The notes under the pieces are model-generated. The model saw only the letters and a program-made list of their open reading frames with translations, made no database searches and was not told the DNA's origin. DNA of 64,000 nt from Psilocybe cubensis (Eukaryota): the NCBI GenBank assembly GCA_017499595.2, contig CM039006.1:2046001-2110000 (forward strand), in the 5' to 3' direction. Below are positions 38,501 through 50,250 of this stretch, piece by piece. The translations under genes were made by a program, and so were the position numbers. Each line of letters starts with the position of its first letter. The stretch's first letter is position 1.

Positions 38501-39720
38501 TCCATCAAAAGAACCTTCCCATTCTTAAACGACGAGCTCCTCCCATCCCTCTCAAACCTTCCGAGCGACATCAAAGCATTTTCGGCTTCAGGGATGTGTA
38601 AAACGTCTTTCAAACGATGAGTAATCGTCTGCCCGTCGACATCGAAGTTGAGGATGACTGTTCCGCGGCCTGCAATGATAGCTGGACTCTTTCCGACACC
38701 ACGAACGGAGGAATTAACGAGTGGCGTATACTCGATGAAGGCTTCACGGACGGGACAAACGTGACTGGTGGTTGCAGAATCGTAAAGCCAGTCGTAACGA
38801 GAGAAGTTTGACGTCGAGTACGTGTGGTACGCAACCTCATCGTTGAGCGTAGTGTTGACGTCCTCCCGAGCCTGATTCGTCCGCCCTCTATTCTTCGTCT
38901 TCCGCCCCCTCGGACCCTTTCCTTCACGACCTCCGCCCTTCGCCCAGCAATCCTTCGAAATGTGCCCCATCTTGTGGCAATTATAGCACTCCTTCCCGCC
39001 GCTGCCATCCCTCGAACCATTACCCTTTCCATCCGACGACCCTTGACCTCCACGAACTTGAAGCGTAGTCCCTCCGGCACCATCACCTCCACGCTCCTTC
39101 CGACGACGAGCTTCTTCAAGGAGAACACCAACGAGCTCTTGCGAAGTGAGCGTAGGACGATTCCCGCTCGAGCCCAAAAAGGATGACGCATAATTCTCCC
39201 AAGATTCCGGCAACGAGGTGAGCAAAATCATGACGAAATCTTCGTCCGATACAATGCTGCCCATGATGTGCAGCTCCTCCTGGAATTGACGTAGCTTTGC
39301 GATATGCTCTGCCATGTCGCATCCCTCCTCTGCGGTTGCCCGGAAAAGTGCTCGTCGTGTCGCCAAAACACCGAGTCGTCCCTTGGATTCCTTCACTGTG
39401 CACAACTGCGTCCACATCTCGCGCGCCGTGCGCGCTCCCAGGACGTGTACCATCTCCGCATCGCTTAACGCGAGTTCGATCCTGCATCGCGCTTTCGCAT
39501 CTCCCTTATCCCACGCTGTCTGAGCTGCGATTTCTTCCGCCGTGGGTGCGTTCGGTTTCGCTGATCCTGGTCGAAGCGACGTGCCGTCCACGTATTTCTC
39601 CAGTCCGAGGTCCACCAGTACTGCTAGCATGCGCCGCTTCCACGGCATCCAATTGTGGGCCTTCAGTGTGTCGATGCGATATCCGCCGATGTTGACTTCC
39701 GCGGTTGTCGAGTCAGCCAT
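35551..39720 (-). CDS. Copia Gag-Pol polyprotein (1389 aa): Gag/CCHC, protease, integrase, RT, RNase H
   Basis: CYNCHKMGHISKDC; WLYDSATTSH; WHRRFGH..CEAC; SDVWGP/MDNGKE/QNGVAER (DDE); YKARLV, LYGLKQAG, WVDD; YCDADWA, RTKHIDI. Integrase precedes RT, which is the Copia order. Confidence 0.98.
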   Translation of the reverse strand: MADSTTAEVNIGGYRIDTLKAHNWMPWKRRMLAVLVDLGLEKYVDGTSLRPGSAKPNAPTAEEIAAQTAWDKGDAKARCRIELALSDAEMVHVLGARTAREMWTQLCTVKESKGRLGVLATRRALFRATAEEGCDMAEHIAKLRQFQEELHIMGSIVSDEDFVMILLTSLPESWENYASSFLGSSGNRPTLTSQELVGVLLEEARRRKERGGDGAGGTTLQVRGGQGSSDGKGNGSRDGSGGKECYNCHKMGHISKDCWAKGGGREGKGPRGRKTKNRGRTNQAREDVNTTLNDEVAYHTYSTSNFSRYDWLYDSATTSHVCPVREAFIEYTPLVNSSVRGVGKSPAIIAGRGTVILNFDVDGQTITHRLKDVLHIPEAENALMSLGRFERDGRSSSFKNGKVLLMDAKDKVIGKGSKRGQMYILHARAQLNSGEQVNYVSPKLTWDQWHRRFGHISVSSLQKLVRNDLVVGLSVDETSIPSPSCEACIQAKQTHKPFPGEAENRSTVPGERTMSDVWGPIGTRSVNGFYYYITFMDDAKRYNGVVFLKDKKEAAKAIENHGERVKRRFGQYPRYIRMDNGKELVNERIKKWAAERGIEIETTAPYSPSQNGVAERYNRTLLELARAMIIAKNLPLFLWDEAVNYANYLRNRAPTRALDDKTPYEGWHNKKPDVSHLREFGCDVWVLDETKGLSKLKPRSKKMVFVGFNEGSKSVRYYDPKSRTVKSSRNVSFNENETPQNVEIPGLSSEGERNESTDVKSSENEPETVKNEPISSTASIPQPSIRRSAREHNFVDYKKANNPNARLPTTRSQTTLNAPQIATKSTETSSAKSTATEQANIVKEQLWGAILDDSERVFAMRELDVPRTLEEALESCEAAAWKAAMDEEIETLLRMGTWEMMKIPDGRKLVGCRWVYAKKRDENGNVIKYKARLVVQGCSQRPGTDYSEDGTFAPVMRFDTLRSLLAYSAVHNLKMRQFDIKGAYLHGYISEEIYMVQPPGYDDGTGQACRLIRSLYGLKQAGNVWNHELDNALTSFGFTKLKSDYCCYIRRAENGDFTILVTWVDDIISFSTNDSLNDQLERELGSKFDVKSMGQPSMMLGFKLEQKDHYISLSQAHYIDKLLEKFGLQDANPVSTPMDPNVRLDKDEGVREDGDGQGEVNSRLGFSYATVIGSLMYLALGTRPDIAFAVYKLAQFTSKPKSTHWTAVKRIFRYLKGTRNHKLTYGGDSQVLDVNLNVYCDADWAENYDRKSTSGYVVTIAGGAVAWSSKKQNTVALSTAEAEYVSTTHAAKQVLWHRSLFTELGFHIPSTSTIFTDNTAAISIAHHPEFHARTKHIDIAFHFLRDLVEKKTLDTVYINTSNNLADVFTKALPRVAHDGFTLQLGVLAD

Positions 39721-39815
39721 TTGACGTCGAGTACAAGTTTAGATATAGATCGATAAGAATAGAACGAGTTTAGAACAAAGCGAGCTTTAGTTATGACCTC
39801 TCGGGGCCCATAACC

Positions 39816-39996
39816 TGTTGTAAGTATAATGCGCAGTGGTGGTAAAAGATGTAGATTCACGACGTAGCTACACGGTTGTACCTACAGTAACTACGGAACC
39901 TATAGTAGAATAATCTAGAAAAAATATGATAAGATAAACTACAAGAGGAAGATAACGACTTAGCGACCAAGTCGCTCGCCGACTATCATTCCAACA
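39816..39996 (-). repeat. 5' LTR of the Copia element
   Basis: 181 bp, adjacent to the PBS at ~39803-39815. Confidence 0.97.
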
Positions 39997-42231
39997 GATC
40001 CCTTGCCATTAAAGTCACCAAGTCCAATCTTGGATTGGGATTGTACAAGCTCAAAGCATTGTCAACGAATGTTCATGCCAATCGGGAGGCCACAAAGAAG
40101 CTTATCATCGGGTCGTTATCAGGCTCATACGATATGGATGGGCAAGTCAATTGGAAATGGGACGCCAATACACAGGGTTGGGTAGCCGAAACACCTCCAG
40201 AACATCCTTTGGAGTCGGTTGCTGAAGAAGTGATAGCTGGTTACATTTTCGATGTTATTTCGTCAATGAAAGCGGTAGAAGAAGTGATGTGAGAATCAGC
40301 TTTATATTTCGCTCGGCTTAGTCTAAATATAACATTTACAGATGGAAGCCAGAACGCAAGGATAGCGAACAGACGCACAAACTTGTAATGGATGCGCTGA
40401 AAACGTTACCGAATCTACGCCACATCGATGTGTCCGTTACATGGCTGAGGACACCTCTAGATCTTGACTCCGTGACATCACTGCAAGAGATAATAATGCA
40501 TGAAATTTCAGAAACCCTCCAGGTGGACATGTTCGAAGGCCTGGCGAAAGCTGTGGCCCAGAACCCCCAACTTCACTTAATTGACATCAGGAATGCAGGG
40601 TTCTACCGTCGCAATATCGACGAATTCCAATGTTTGCATCAGGTATTCAAATACTACCCAAGGGAAGCACCACCTCTACGTCTTCGTGACCTTCGGATGT
40701 TTGAATGTCGCTTCCGATTGGATGATATCACTATTCCACATCTACAACATCTTACTTCTCTCCAACTCTTATGCGTCGAAGAGCATTGCACTTTACCGAG
40801 TCAGCCAGCCAGCCAGTCGGGCGCCAATCTGGATCGCGACCTTGTTTTGCAAGGCAAGGATTCTTTTTGTTCCAATCTGGAGGATGTCTGGACAGCTTTC
40901 CGTAGTATCGGCGTGCAGCTGGAAAATATTTCCATCGACATGGTACCAAGTTCCTTCCTCGACTATCTTGCCTCTTATTCAGGGTTGAAGAAACTCAATA
41001 TCGACCTGCATAAATTGCGTAATTCTGAGTTGTCGGACTCCATGGCTGCAAAATTCTACGACAAATCCATCATTGGCCATACAAATACTTTGGAAGAACT
41101 TATTCTGAGCACATCGTATGAAGGGCTCTGGTGTATCGGTCCTCACAACTTTAAAACCTTGGCGCAATGCAAGAACATGGAGCGCTTATGTATAGGTGTT
41201 AACCTCTCGCAACTGCCTCTACCTTCAGACCGTAACGGAGACTACAAAACGGCCGCACGATCGGATATCGAGCACAATCTGATAGTAAGTTCACCGTTTC
41301 ACAGTGTTTGTGATCCTCTCTAATTTTGTTATAGACCACCCTCTTAAACACGGCCGTTACGCATATGCCAAAAATCCAGTTCATTAGAATTTTAGAAGCG
41401 TCCGTCATGGATTGCTGCTCTGCCAGGCCATGTGAAGTGCATTCGGTACAAGGTCCGCCAAGTTCTCGAGTCGCCTCCGCGACGATCTTAACAGATTTCA
41501 TTGCACCTGCTTCTTGCAAACGTCTTCCGTTCCTGGCGATAAACTCGCTGATAGGGAGGCGATTTGGTTTTGTTGGTTGTGTTGTAGAAGACGGAGAATT
41601 AAAGGGATCTTTGCGATATGTACTTTCCAATAACTAGACCAATACCTATAAATCGTCGCCACTTTGCTAAACAATGAGCATTCAATTAATAATTTCAGGA
41701 AATGGAACATGCCCATCATGCAAGAACTGGACTTAAGAACCTACGGGTCAAAAAATGACTCCCGCCAAAGTTGCCCAGCAAACCGAAGACATCCTCGGGG
41801 CTTACCCACCTGGATAGTTCCCGATATGGTAGTAGTAGTCGGGAGCCAAGGATGTCACTACCAAATGGAAATGCTTGGACGGATATTTTGGATATTTTGT
41901 GTATTCTCTTCTCGAAAGCGCACTGTCTGTCAATTAAAATAGGATATCAACCATTCAACATTGTAGAATGACTTGGAACTGTAGATCTAATGAAAATCTG
42001 ACTGGTATAACAGCCATCAAACGCACACGTGATCGAGAATGCAGCGAAGCGAGCGAAGTAAAATTGTTCTTATCATGGCCAAATCATAACTCTTCTTTCT
42101 ATTCATTCAATTAACAAGAAAGGTACTTCATTACCACTACTCACGACGTCAGTATACGTGCTAATAAAGTCGGTCTTGATCTAGTGAAGCGCTGATCTAA
42201 CAGTGTCGATAACCTCAACTTACGTGTCTAT

Positions 42232-43570
42232 ATGGCACAGTCTGTTGATACCGAAACATACATATTAGACGGTCGAACATATACACTACATACTATCACT
42301 TTACCTGCTTCAGAATGTTCAGAAGAGGCCACCATATCATGCCTGCTTGAACCGGCGCTTATCTCTCTCCTACCAAATCCAGTACCCCCCGCGCACAAGC
42401 CGATAACAAATCCAAACTTTTGCGTGCTACAGACAGAACACAAGGGCGCTGGCCTCTTCGCCGCTCGCGACATCGCAGCCGGTGAGCTGATCATGGTTGA
42501 GCATCCTGCCTTGATCCTGCCCACGGGGCGCTTCCCTGCTGCAGTGTACGACGAACTCGCAAGGCGCTTGCCAGCGAAGAGAAGGGCAGAGCTGTTGGCA
42601 ATGGCCAATGCTCGATCGGAAGAAGAATGTCCGAGCCCCGTTGAAGGCATCGTACGGACGAACGCGTTGATGTTGGAGTTGGATCCGAAAGGCACGATTT
42701 CGCAAGAGAAGAGGGAGATTTATGGCGGAGTGTACCCTACAGTTAATCGCGCCAACCATAGGTGCGTGATTTTGGACATTCAATTGGAATGTGTGGTTGA
42801 TGGTGGATGCTAGTTGTGGTCCGAATGCCACTGTCAAGTGGGATTTGTCCACCCTGACGGAGACTCTTTACGCTCTAAGGCCTATCGTTGCGGGCGAAGA
42901 AATCCAGAAAACCTACATCAATCCTATCTTCTCTCGTGAAAAACGGATGAGCATCCTCCTGAACAACTATCGCTTTAGTTGTGACTGTCCTTGGTGCAAT
43001 ATCCGGTCCAGGGCTCAACCATGCGCAAATGTCGATCTTCCATTGACCGAAGAAGAACAGGCCCTGGTCAACGCCTCTGATAAAGATCGTGCGCTCCTTG
43101 GAACCTGGATCTTTACCCACCCAGGGTACAACAAATGGAGCACAGACCTGTCGCGGAAGGACGACGTTATTATCAACTCCCACATGGAGGCCCTAGCTTT
43201 GCTCGATAAAGAAGGTATGCATGGGTTGCAAAACCTATTCATCGAAGAGATTGCCATGTGTTATGCCATGCTCGGCGATTTAGACGCGTTTAAGATGTGG
43301 GGAGAGCGAGTCGTTCAGCTTAGCCGCATTGAAGACCCATCTGTGGCGAGGAAGTTTGAGGAATGGTTGGTTGAACCAACCAAGCTAATGAAAAAATGGG
43401 CATGGAGAAAACGCCAGAGGGAACGTGAGTTTATCCACTTCCACGCGCGATCGTGGTCGCTGACGTTGTTGATGACAGAGGCGCCTGGTAAGAGAAAGTT
43501 GAAAACCGGACATGCCGTTCCAGTCGATGTAGTCGACGGCTTTGATTCGTTCTTCAATGATACAGATTGA
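42232..43570 (+). CDS. SET-domain lysine methyltransferase (SMYD/Set5-like); spliced
   Basis: KGAGLFAARDIAAGELIMVEHP, RANHS/CGPNA split by an intron, EEIQKTY, post-SET FSCDCPWC. Confidence 0.9.
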
Positions 43571-45320
43571 ATGTTACACACCGCAAAAATTTCATGATTT
43601 CCCCTCAGTGCTCAGTGTGCCATGAAATATCGTTGGTTGAGCAGGACACCGATAGGTGATATCTGCGTTATGAGATATCTTAACAAGTATTTTTGGTGGA
43701 CGAGCAGATGGGTTTGGAACGACATGGATTTGAGAGGTAAAGCTCGAGTAGGGTACATAAGGTGGGCATGACTTCCTACAATTACATAGAAAATAGATAT
43801 GAACCTGAATAAACAAACAGTATCGTCAGTTACTAGTTCGAAAACACTGAAGATTTGTGAGCCCTCAGACGAAGATAAAACTTTGTCCGTCATGAAAGGT
43901 CGGACATATGCTTGTTCTTTTTTTAACTCATCACAGGGCAAGGCAGAAAGGAAGGGGAAAAAAGTGAAAACGGAAATTTGCTTACCATATTCCAACACAT
44001 CGAAGATTGCATCATCTTTCCTACTAGAGCAAACAATACTGTACCTGTAAAGCAACGGGAATCAGCTTCACAGACAAACGAGTAAAAAACACAGTCAAAA
44101 AGGAACAAAAGGCTCAGTTGGTGATGCATGTTACGAGTGTGGTTCATCGAAAAACGTCACCGTCTCGAGAAATGGAAAAATATCATCAACGCCAAAGGCA
44201 TAAACCGGGTACTCACCATTGTGGAACGAACAACGACGGGAGAGCAAGATGAGAGTCGTCTGCAAGTTGTTGTTTGGTTAAGCTTTGTACACCTGGCAAA
44301 TTTCGTATTTTAAACTCCGATTGATGGAGCCCGGAGCCGTGATTTGTTTGGCTGTCGGAGATTGAATAGAACTGTACAGTTTGTCTTATAAGCTGTCCCC
44401 GGCTTTCCACGTTTCGCGTTGTTCTTCCTCTTCATACATTGTTCTTGTGAGTACGCGTTTTCATCTTTATACTTTTGGTTTCGTATGAAACCATCATTTT
44501 TGTGATGATTACTTCAGTTCTGCTTCCGAACGAGAGCAATCAACCTCTTGTGGACAACAACTTTTACCAAAAAATATTTTCTGACTCTTCTTCGTGTTCT
44601 TCTTTTGATTTGAACTCCCTTACTGATATATCTTCTCTTTCAGGTGTTGCGCTCATGTACAGTAGATAGGGTGTATTTGGTGCTGTCTGACAGATTGTGA
44701 GTTTGACTTTTCCACATTCTTTTTGTAGGACGAAAAATAGTTCATCCATTCGTTGAAGTACCCTCCATCTACCGTGCTCTTGGGCCGCCCTGGTCTTCTC
44801 GAAGATTGGGGTCGTGCGCGGCTATCTCGTTTTGGGATATCTGTGAGGGTTCAAGGCGTGGATCAGGGGAGGGGAGAATGAAAATAACGGCTTCTCTGAT
44901 TCTCTGTTTGGTGTTCGATGTTCAGCTATATGACTTACTTATGTGCTTTCCATTCTTTATAGGTTGTTGTATCATACCTTCTCTTCATGCTTTAATAAAT
45001 AATGTCAATATATTTTCAACAAATTTTCTTTCCTGTTGCCGTTAAGATTCTTGGAGGTCGACAGTCATGAGTATATGGTCGTCTTTTTTATGGATTATTG
45101 CCGCACTAGTCTGTATGCTGTTTCGCCAATGCCTTTTGGCCTCTTTCAAAGCGCTCCTCGATGTTTTCGTTTGGTGTGTCACCAAGTGAGTTCTATAATT
45201 AGTCTTCATTGGATGTTTTAAACGGCCAGATAGATGTCTGAGACTTACTAGGCTTTTTGGCAACCAACGTTCATCCTCCTACATATTTTCTACCTCTATC
45301 CAACGACACAAGGCATTAGA

Positions 45321-46936
45321 ATGGCTGAGCAAAGTGTAGGCATCAATGAACACCCTGTTCCTGAGGCAGCATGCCACAAGGGGCCTTGCGGAAAAGCACT
45401 CTTTTCCCCTCTGAAGGTTGGAAGCAAGACTTTGAAGAACCGCATAACTATGTCGGCTCTCACTAGAAATAGAGCAGAAGGCACCTACCCAACCGACATT
45501 ATGAAAGAATATTATGTCCAACGTGCTGGTGCTGGTTTGATTGTGTCGGAGGGCATCTTGATTGTTCGTCAAGGGTGTGTACCCCTTTCGATCCCAATGC
45601 CCGTCAACCAGACCTCTTGACTGTGTGCATTTCTTTTTACCAGCACCGAGTGGCCTCTCGCTCCTGGACTCTGGGACGACCAGCACGTCGCTGGATGGAA
45701 GAAGATAACAGATGCAGTACATGCTGCGGGGACGCATATGTACGCTCAGGTATGTTACCTCATAGGGCATTTTTATATTAAAGGGAATGACGATGAAATT
45801 TACTTAGCTCTGGCACACTGGACGGACTGCCCATCCAGACGTTCCTGAACAAAAACTCGCTGGGACTGTAGGTTTGGTATGCTTACAACAGTTATGTGTT
45901 CGTTGACAGAAGGCTGCTTTCTTAAAGCCCGTTTATGCCCCGTCAGCGATTAGCGCCAGAGGTGGAAAATTCCGCCAGCTTCCTGGGGCACCGGGATATG
46001 TTACGGTGAGCACTCCTTTTTGTCAATTTGGCCACACTTTAACTTCTTCAAAATCTCTAAGCCTACCGAAATTGAGGATCCTCGAATCATCATCAAGCAG
46101 TTTAAACACGCTGCAGTCAATGCCAAGAAGGCAGGATTTGACGGGGTCGAACGTGCATTGTAATATTTGATTTTGCTGTATAATGTTACTGACAGTGTAC
46201 ATAGTCCATGGCGCAAACGGGTATCTTGTTGCCCAATTTCTTGATAACACATCCAACAAACGCACGGATCAATGGGGCGGAAGCGTTGAGAATCGGTGCC
46301 GATTTGGACTTGAAGTTCTCAAGGTCTTGGTTGAAGTTTTTGGGCCTGATGTAGGCGTGAAGCTCAGTCCTTGTGGAGGATACAACGATGTTGGGTATGT
46401 TTAACATGCTATTTCACATGTACAAATGGGTTTCGGCCTGTTCTAAAATTATATTCTCAGGATGCCACTGCAAGATACAATTGAAACTTTTTCATACTTC
46501 ATCACTGAGGCGGAGAAATTAAACATTGCGTACTTCACTTTGGTCCGTTATACGGAGGCCTTCGATGTCACATTTGACGGTTCGTCTTGATTATTGATTT
46601 CGTCAAAGCGCACTTCATTACTCCTACTGACATCCTCTGCCAGGCGAACGTCGCGCCACTAAGTTCAACGTTTTAGAGACTTTCCGTCCGTATGTCAAAA
46701 AGGCGAAACTTTTCCTCAATGCAGGCGTGACTCCAGAAGAGGGCACCGCACTGGTCGAGTCAGGCAAAGTCGACGCTATTGTAATTGGGTTCAATTATGT
46801 CACCCATCCCGATGTCGCGCAGAGGGTCTACCATAACATCCCGCTCAATAATGCCCCGGATATTAAGCATATGCAGACGAAGGGAGATGCCGATTGGAGT
46901 ACAGGGTATACTGACTACCCTGCGGCGGTTGCGTAA
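45321..46936 (+). CDS. NADH:flavin oxidoreductase (old yellow enzyme family); multi-exon
   Basis: LFSPLKVGSKTLKNRITMSALTRNRA, EYYVQRA, AQLWHTGR, AGFDGVE..HGANGYLVAQFL, RTDQWGGSVENR, GYTDYP. Confidence 0.95.
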
Positions 46937-47786
46937 CTTGTTGGTGGGCTAGTTGGAAAGAGAAATGGGTGGAAGTTTAGAGGCTACAAAGCCGGCGTCT
47001 TTTCATCTCCCCATCACTCTCATGATCATGTACCTAGGCTAGGCATGTAATCCTTCATGGGTGACTGATTTGTTGCCTATCGTGAAAAGCACAAACTACT
47101 TTCGACGACAGTGCAGGTGCCTGTTTATTATTGGCTTCGCATTGTGTATCAACTCTCAGAATCGTGAAGGTTTTGGTAAGAGTACTTGATATAATGCAGT
47201 AGAGACTTGGTTCACATCGCTTGGTTGACCACTGATTTATCGATGGACAACCGTTGTCTTTGTCTCACATACACAGATTTATGTCAGACAAAAATAAATT
47301 ATGAACCCAATCTCTCATTCGGGTTTTCTGGTCCCTCCTGAAATTTGGTCACTATGTCAAGTACTCGGAGCAGAGAATATGGTGCTCGTCAAAGGTATTG
47401 TCATTTACATTAACGCCGTTTATTGTGTAAAGTAGAGGTGGTGTGAAGTATCACCAGGTTCACCTATATTCCACGCAAGCGACAGAACATCACTCGATTA
47501 TTTTTTGCCCCCCGCTAAGCCGCTTCAATGTAGAGAAAGTCACTTGTTATTGAAAGTGTTGCGTGTGCTGAACCAATTAAAAGTAGAAACTGTGTAAAGA
47601 ATCTCCGCATCGGATTAGTGAATGGGTCAAATCAATTCGAGTATAAGCGAAGTTCTGCCATGTCCAAATCGAAATTATATAGGAAGTCGACTTTTTTCGC
47701 CTAATCAAAGCGTACGCAGCCGAAAGTCATATATAAGAACTCTAGAACAAATCTCAAAAACATCACCGAAGTCTTACTCTCCATCA

Positions 47787-48184
47787 ATGAACTTTAAGAC
47801 ACTTCTCTCTTCACTGATTTGTGCCACTGCGCTTGGAACCTCCGTCCAGGCATTGGACACCATTGTCGGATACAGCAACACAGATTGTACCGGAACATCC
47901 ACGGCTACTTTCAACTGTGACAATAGCTGCAATTTGTTCACGGGGAAACAGTCTTCCTTGGTAAATAGATATATATCAATTGAATGCTTGCAGGATGATA
48001 TCGCTAATATGTTTTACCTACTTCTTAGATTAGTGGATCTTCTTCTACTCATGCTGTAACATATTGGTCAGGACCAGGGTGTACGGGACAAGAGTATGCC
48101 TGGATTCAGATCGCTGGACGTTGCCAAAATCCTGGCGCTCCGTTCACGGTGGTGTCTTTCGCGTGCCTTATCCAAGGCCTGTAG
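47787..48184 (+). CDS. Small secreted Cys-rich protein (~109 aa, 6 Cys in the mature part); 2 exons
   Basis: MNFKTLLSSLICATALGTSVQA signal peptide; LDTIVGYSNTDCTGTSTATFNCDNSCNLFTGKQSSL, intron 47961-48028, ISGSSSTHAVTYWSGPGCTGQEYAWIQIAGRCQNPGAPFTVVSFACLIQGL*. Confidence 0.8.
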
Positions 48185-48601
48185 ATTTGTCACAAAAAAT
48201 TTCAATCCCAAATCCCCCATAGGTGACAGTTTATCACGGTTATGATATAACCACGAGAACTGATTCATTATTTTACATCAGGCATCACCGGCCGGTGTAT
48301 ACGTGTACTATTTAATCTATCAGACTGTATCCCCAGATCGCCTTTTACATCGTGTGATAGGCGCCCAAAAATGATAAATCATGCTTAAGTTGCCAAGATG
48401 TTTCTACTTTCTCACGCGACTCGATGGTACTTGCAAATCGACTCAAGTCATTTTTGTAGTAGCCATGTATCAAGTAATTAACAAAGGTCAAGATCTAACG
48501 AAGTTAATAGGTCGATCACTATCTTCTCCGTCTCGCGCAGATGCACGACGGTCAACACCGAGGGATCGAGCTGACTAATATCACCAGTGACCCCGACATA
48601 T

Positions 48602-50250
48602 ATGAAGCTGCCACCAAATTTTCTGCCACGCTCTTTGGTCACGGTCTCGTACAAGCCGACTTATTGGTGCCTCTGGTTGAAGTTCTTGATGAGCCTGATG
48701 CTCGCCCTTGGAGAAATGGCTTTCTTTTCCGCTGGTCATAATGTCATGCACATATCCAAGTTCGTTGTCAAGATCGTCTTCAGCGCGGGTCTTGCTTTCT
48801 TCCTGCGCCTCACAGAGAATCGCCTTGGCTATCAGTTCAGATTTCAGAAGTCTTTGGGTAGTTCTCGCCCTGCGAACCCGGGCTCGTCATGGCAGCACCC
48901 ACCGAAAATGGATGATGCCGTCCCACCCACCACTGAAGCAGTGGTTCCATTGGTTACGGAGACGATGATATCCTTGGTTCTTGAGACGAAGCCGCTGGTT
49001 GTTCAAGACACACACGGAGAATCCAACATAACTGGGAGTAGTCATCCAGAGGTCCTGTACTCGGCGCACAATACGTCGCTAATGGCGTGCATCATTGGAT
49101 TATCTGTCTGTTCCTTATTTGCCATAATTGCAGCTACCTGCATAATTCTGTCCCCCTCGCGTCACTCGATACAGAAGGCACGACCAAAACTGAAGGCAAA
49201 ACCGAGGTCAGGAAGTCGATGGTGGAATATAGTCAAGTGGATGTGGGCGTTAAATCCTAGGAGGCAAGTGCCGACGGGCACGAACACTTCTGATGGTTCT
49301 GGGCAGTCAAGGGGAACCTCTCCAGAGCTACCTGGCTCATACCCCGTTGATTTTGCTCTTGGATTTGGCCCTCCGAGAACACGGGACGGATCTGGAAACT
49401 TTTGTTTTGTCAGAGGCGGTATGCCCCCGCCCCCACCACCTCCTCCCATGCACGTGGAAGCCATGTTTGAAAATAATTGGAACGACTGGTTGTCATTTAT
49501 CATCTTGCTCCCGTTTATTCTGTACGTATTGAGAACTACTGGGCGCCTACTTCTCCGTTTCATGAAGAGCATCATGAGAAGGGTTTCCCGGCGACGCGCA
49601 GGCCCGCGCTTGTTACGTGTCTTTCCAGATCGACCTAGCAAGAACCCACCATTGCAAGTCAAGGTTCCAAAAGCGCCTCCTGCGGTTGTTTCGTCTAGAA
49701 ACTCGACGTTAACACAGGATGTCATCCAATCGACAAACTCTCAGCGATCGCTTCCTGTACGGAGTCAGTTGGCTAGTTCCATTATATCTGGGACTCGACT
49801 TCTGCGAAAGACTTTGAAGATCTTGGCATTGATTACGCTCTTGCTGCACTCTTGTATCTTCTATATGGCGCCTGCATTGATTGTCTTGATTATGTGGTAT
49901 TATTTGCCGGACATACTTCTCCGTTTATTATCTGGTCCAAATCCACGGAGTATGGTTAGAGAGCAGGTAAGTCCCACCCGGGATTAGTGGTCTATTGTCG
50001 TTTAACTTCCTCTACTTTGTTACTCCAGAGTCAAACGGCGAACCGCCCAATTGATGTTGACCAAATATCAGAGGAGTCGGAAGCCAACAGGACGGTATGT
50101 CGCGTACTGTTTGCACTTTTGACCACTCTTGAACGAATATTTAGCTCGTATACACGCGAGCCATGCATGGCTCTAAATCAAGGCCCGGAAAGACAGTACA
50201 CACACCCGCAGACGTCCCAGAAGCGATGGGACCTGTGGGTCGTCTCTTAA
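48602..50250 (+). CDS. Hypothetical multi-pass membrane protein with a poly-Pro tract
   Basis: ~460-aa ORF with several hydrophobic segments and GGMPPPPPPPMH; GTAAGT donor near 49967 and a short last exon ending at 50250. Confidence 0.55.

Larger units (their letters stand above)
35363..39996 (-). mobile_element. Full-length Ty1/Copia LTR retrotransposon (Hemivirus-type primer site)
   Basis: Two 181-bp TG...CA LTRs, 5-bp TSD GATCC (35358-35362 and 39997-40001), PBS GGTTATGGGCCCC next to the 5' LTR, PPT AAGGGGGAG next to the 3' LTR, single intact gag-pol ORF. Confidence 0.98.
35145..41637 (+). pseudogene. F-box-like/LRR gene disrupted in exon 2 by the Copia element
   Basis: MTSAPTCLDSPLLSLTPELTEKICLQ, intron, LDLQALKQLRLTCHFFAVLAARWVLRS [element] LAIKVTKSNLGLGLYKLK. 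The frame is continuous once the element and one GATCC are removed. Later exons are ORFs 40035, 40388 and 41365. Confidence 0.85.

Noticed and set aside
35415..39860. Antisense and alternative-frame ORFs in the retrotransposon (env-like or extra genes)
   Set aside because: They are shadows of the GC-rich gag-pol frame; there is no room for an extra ORF because the stop abuts the PPT
43592..45263. Cluster of short ORFs between the SET and OYE genes
   Set aside because: T-rich, non-coding-like composition, non-ATG starts and no family signal
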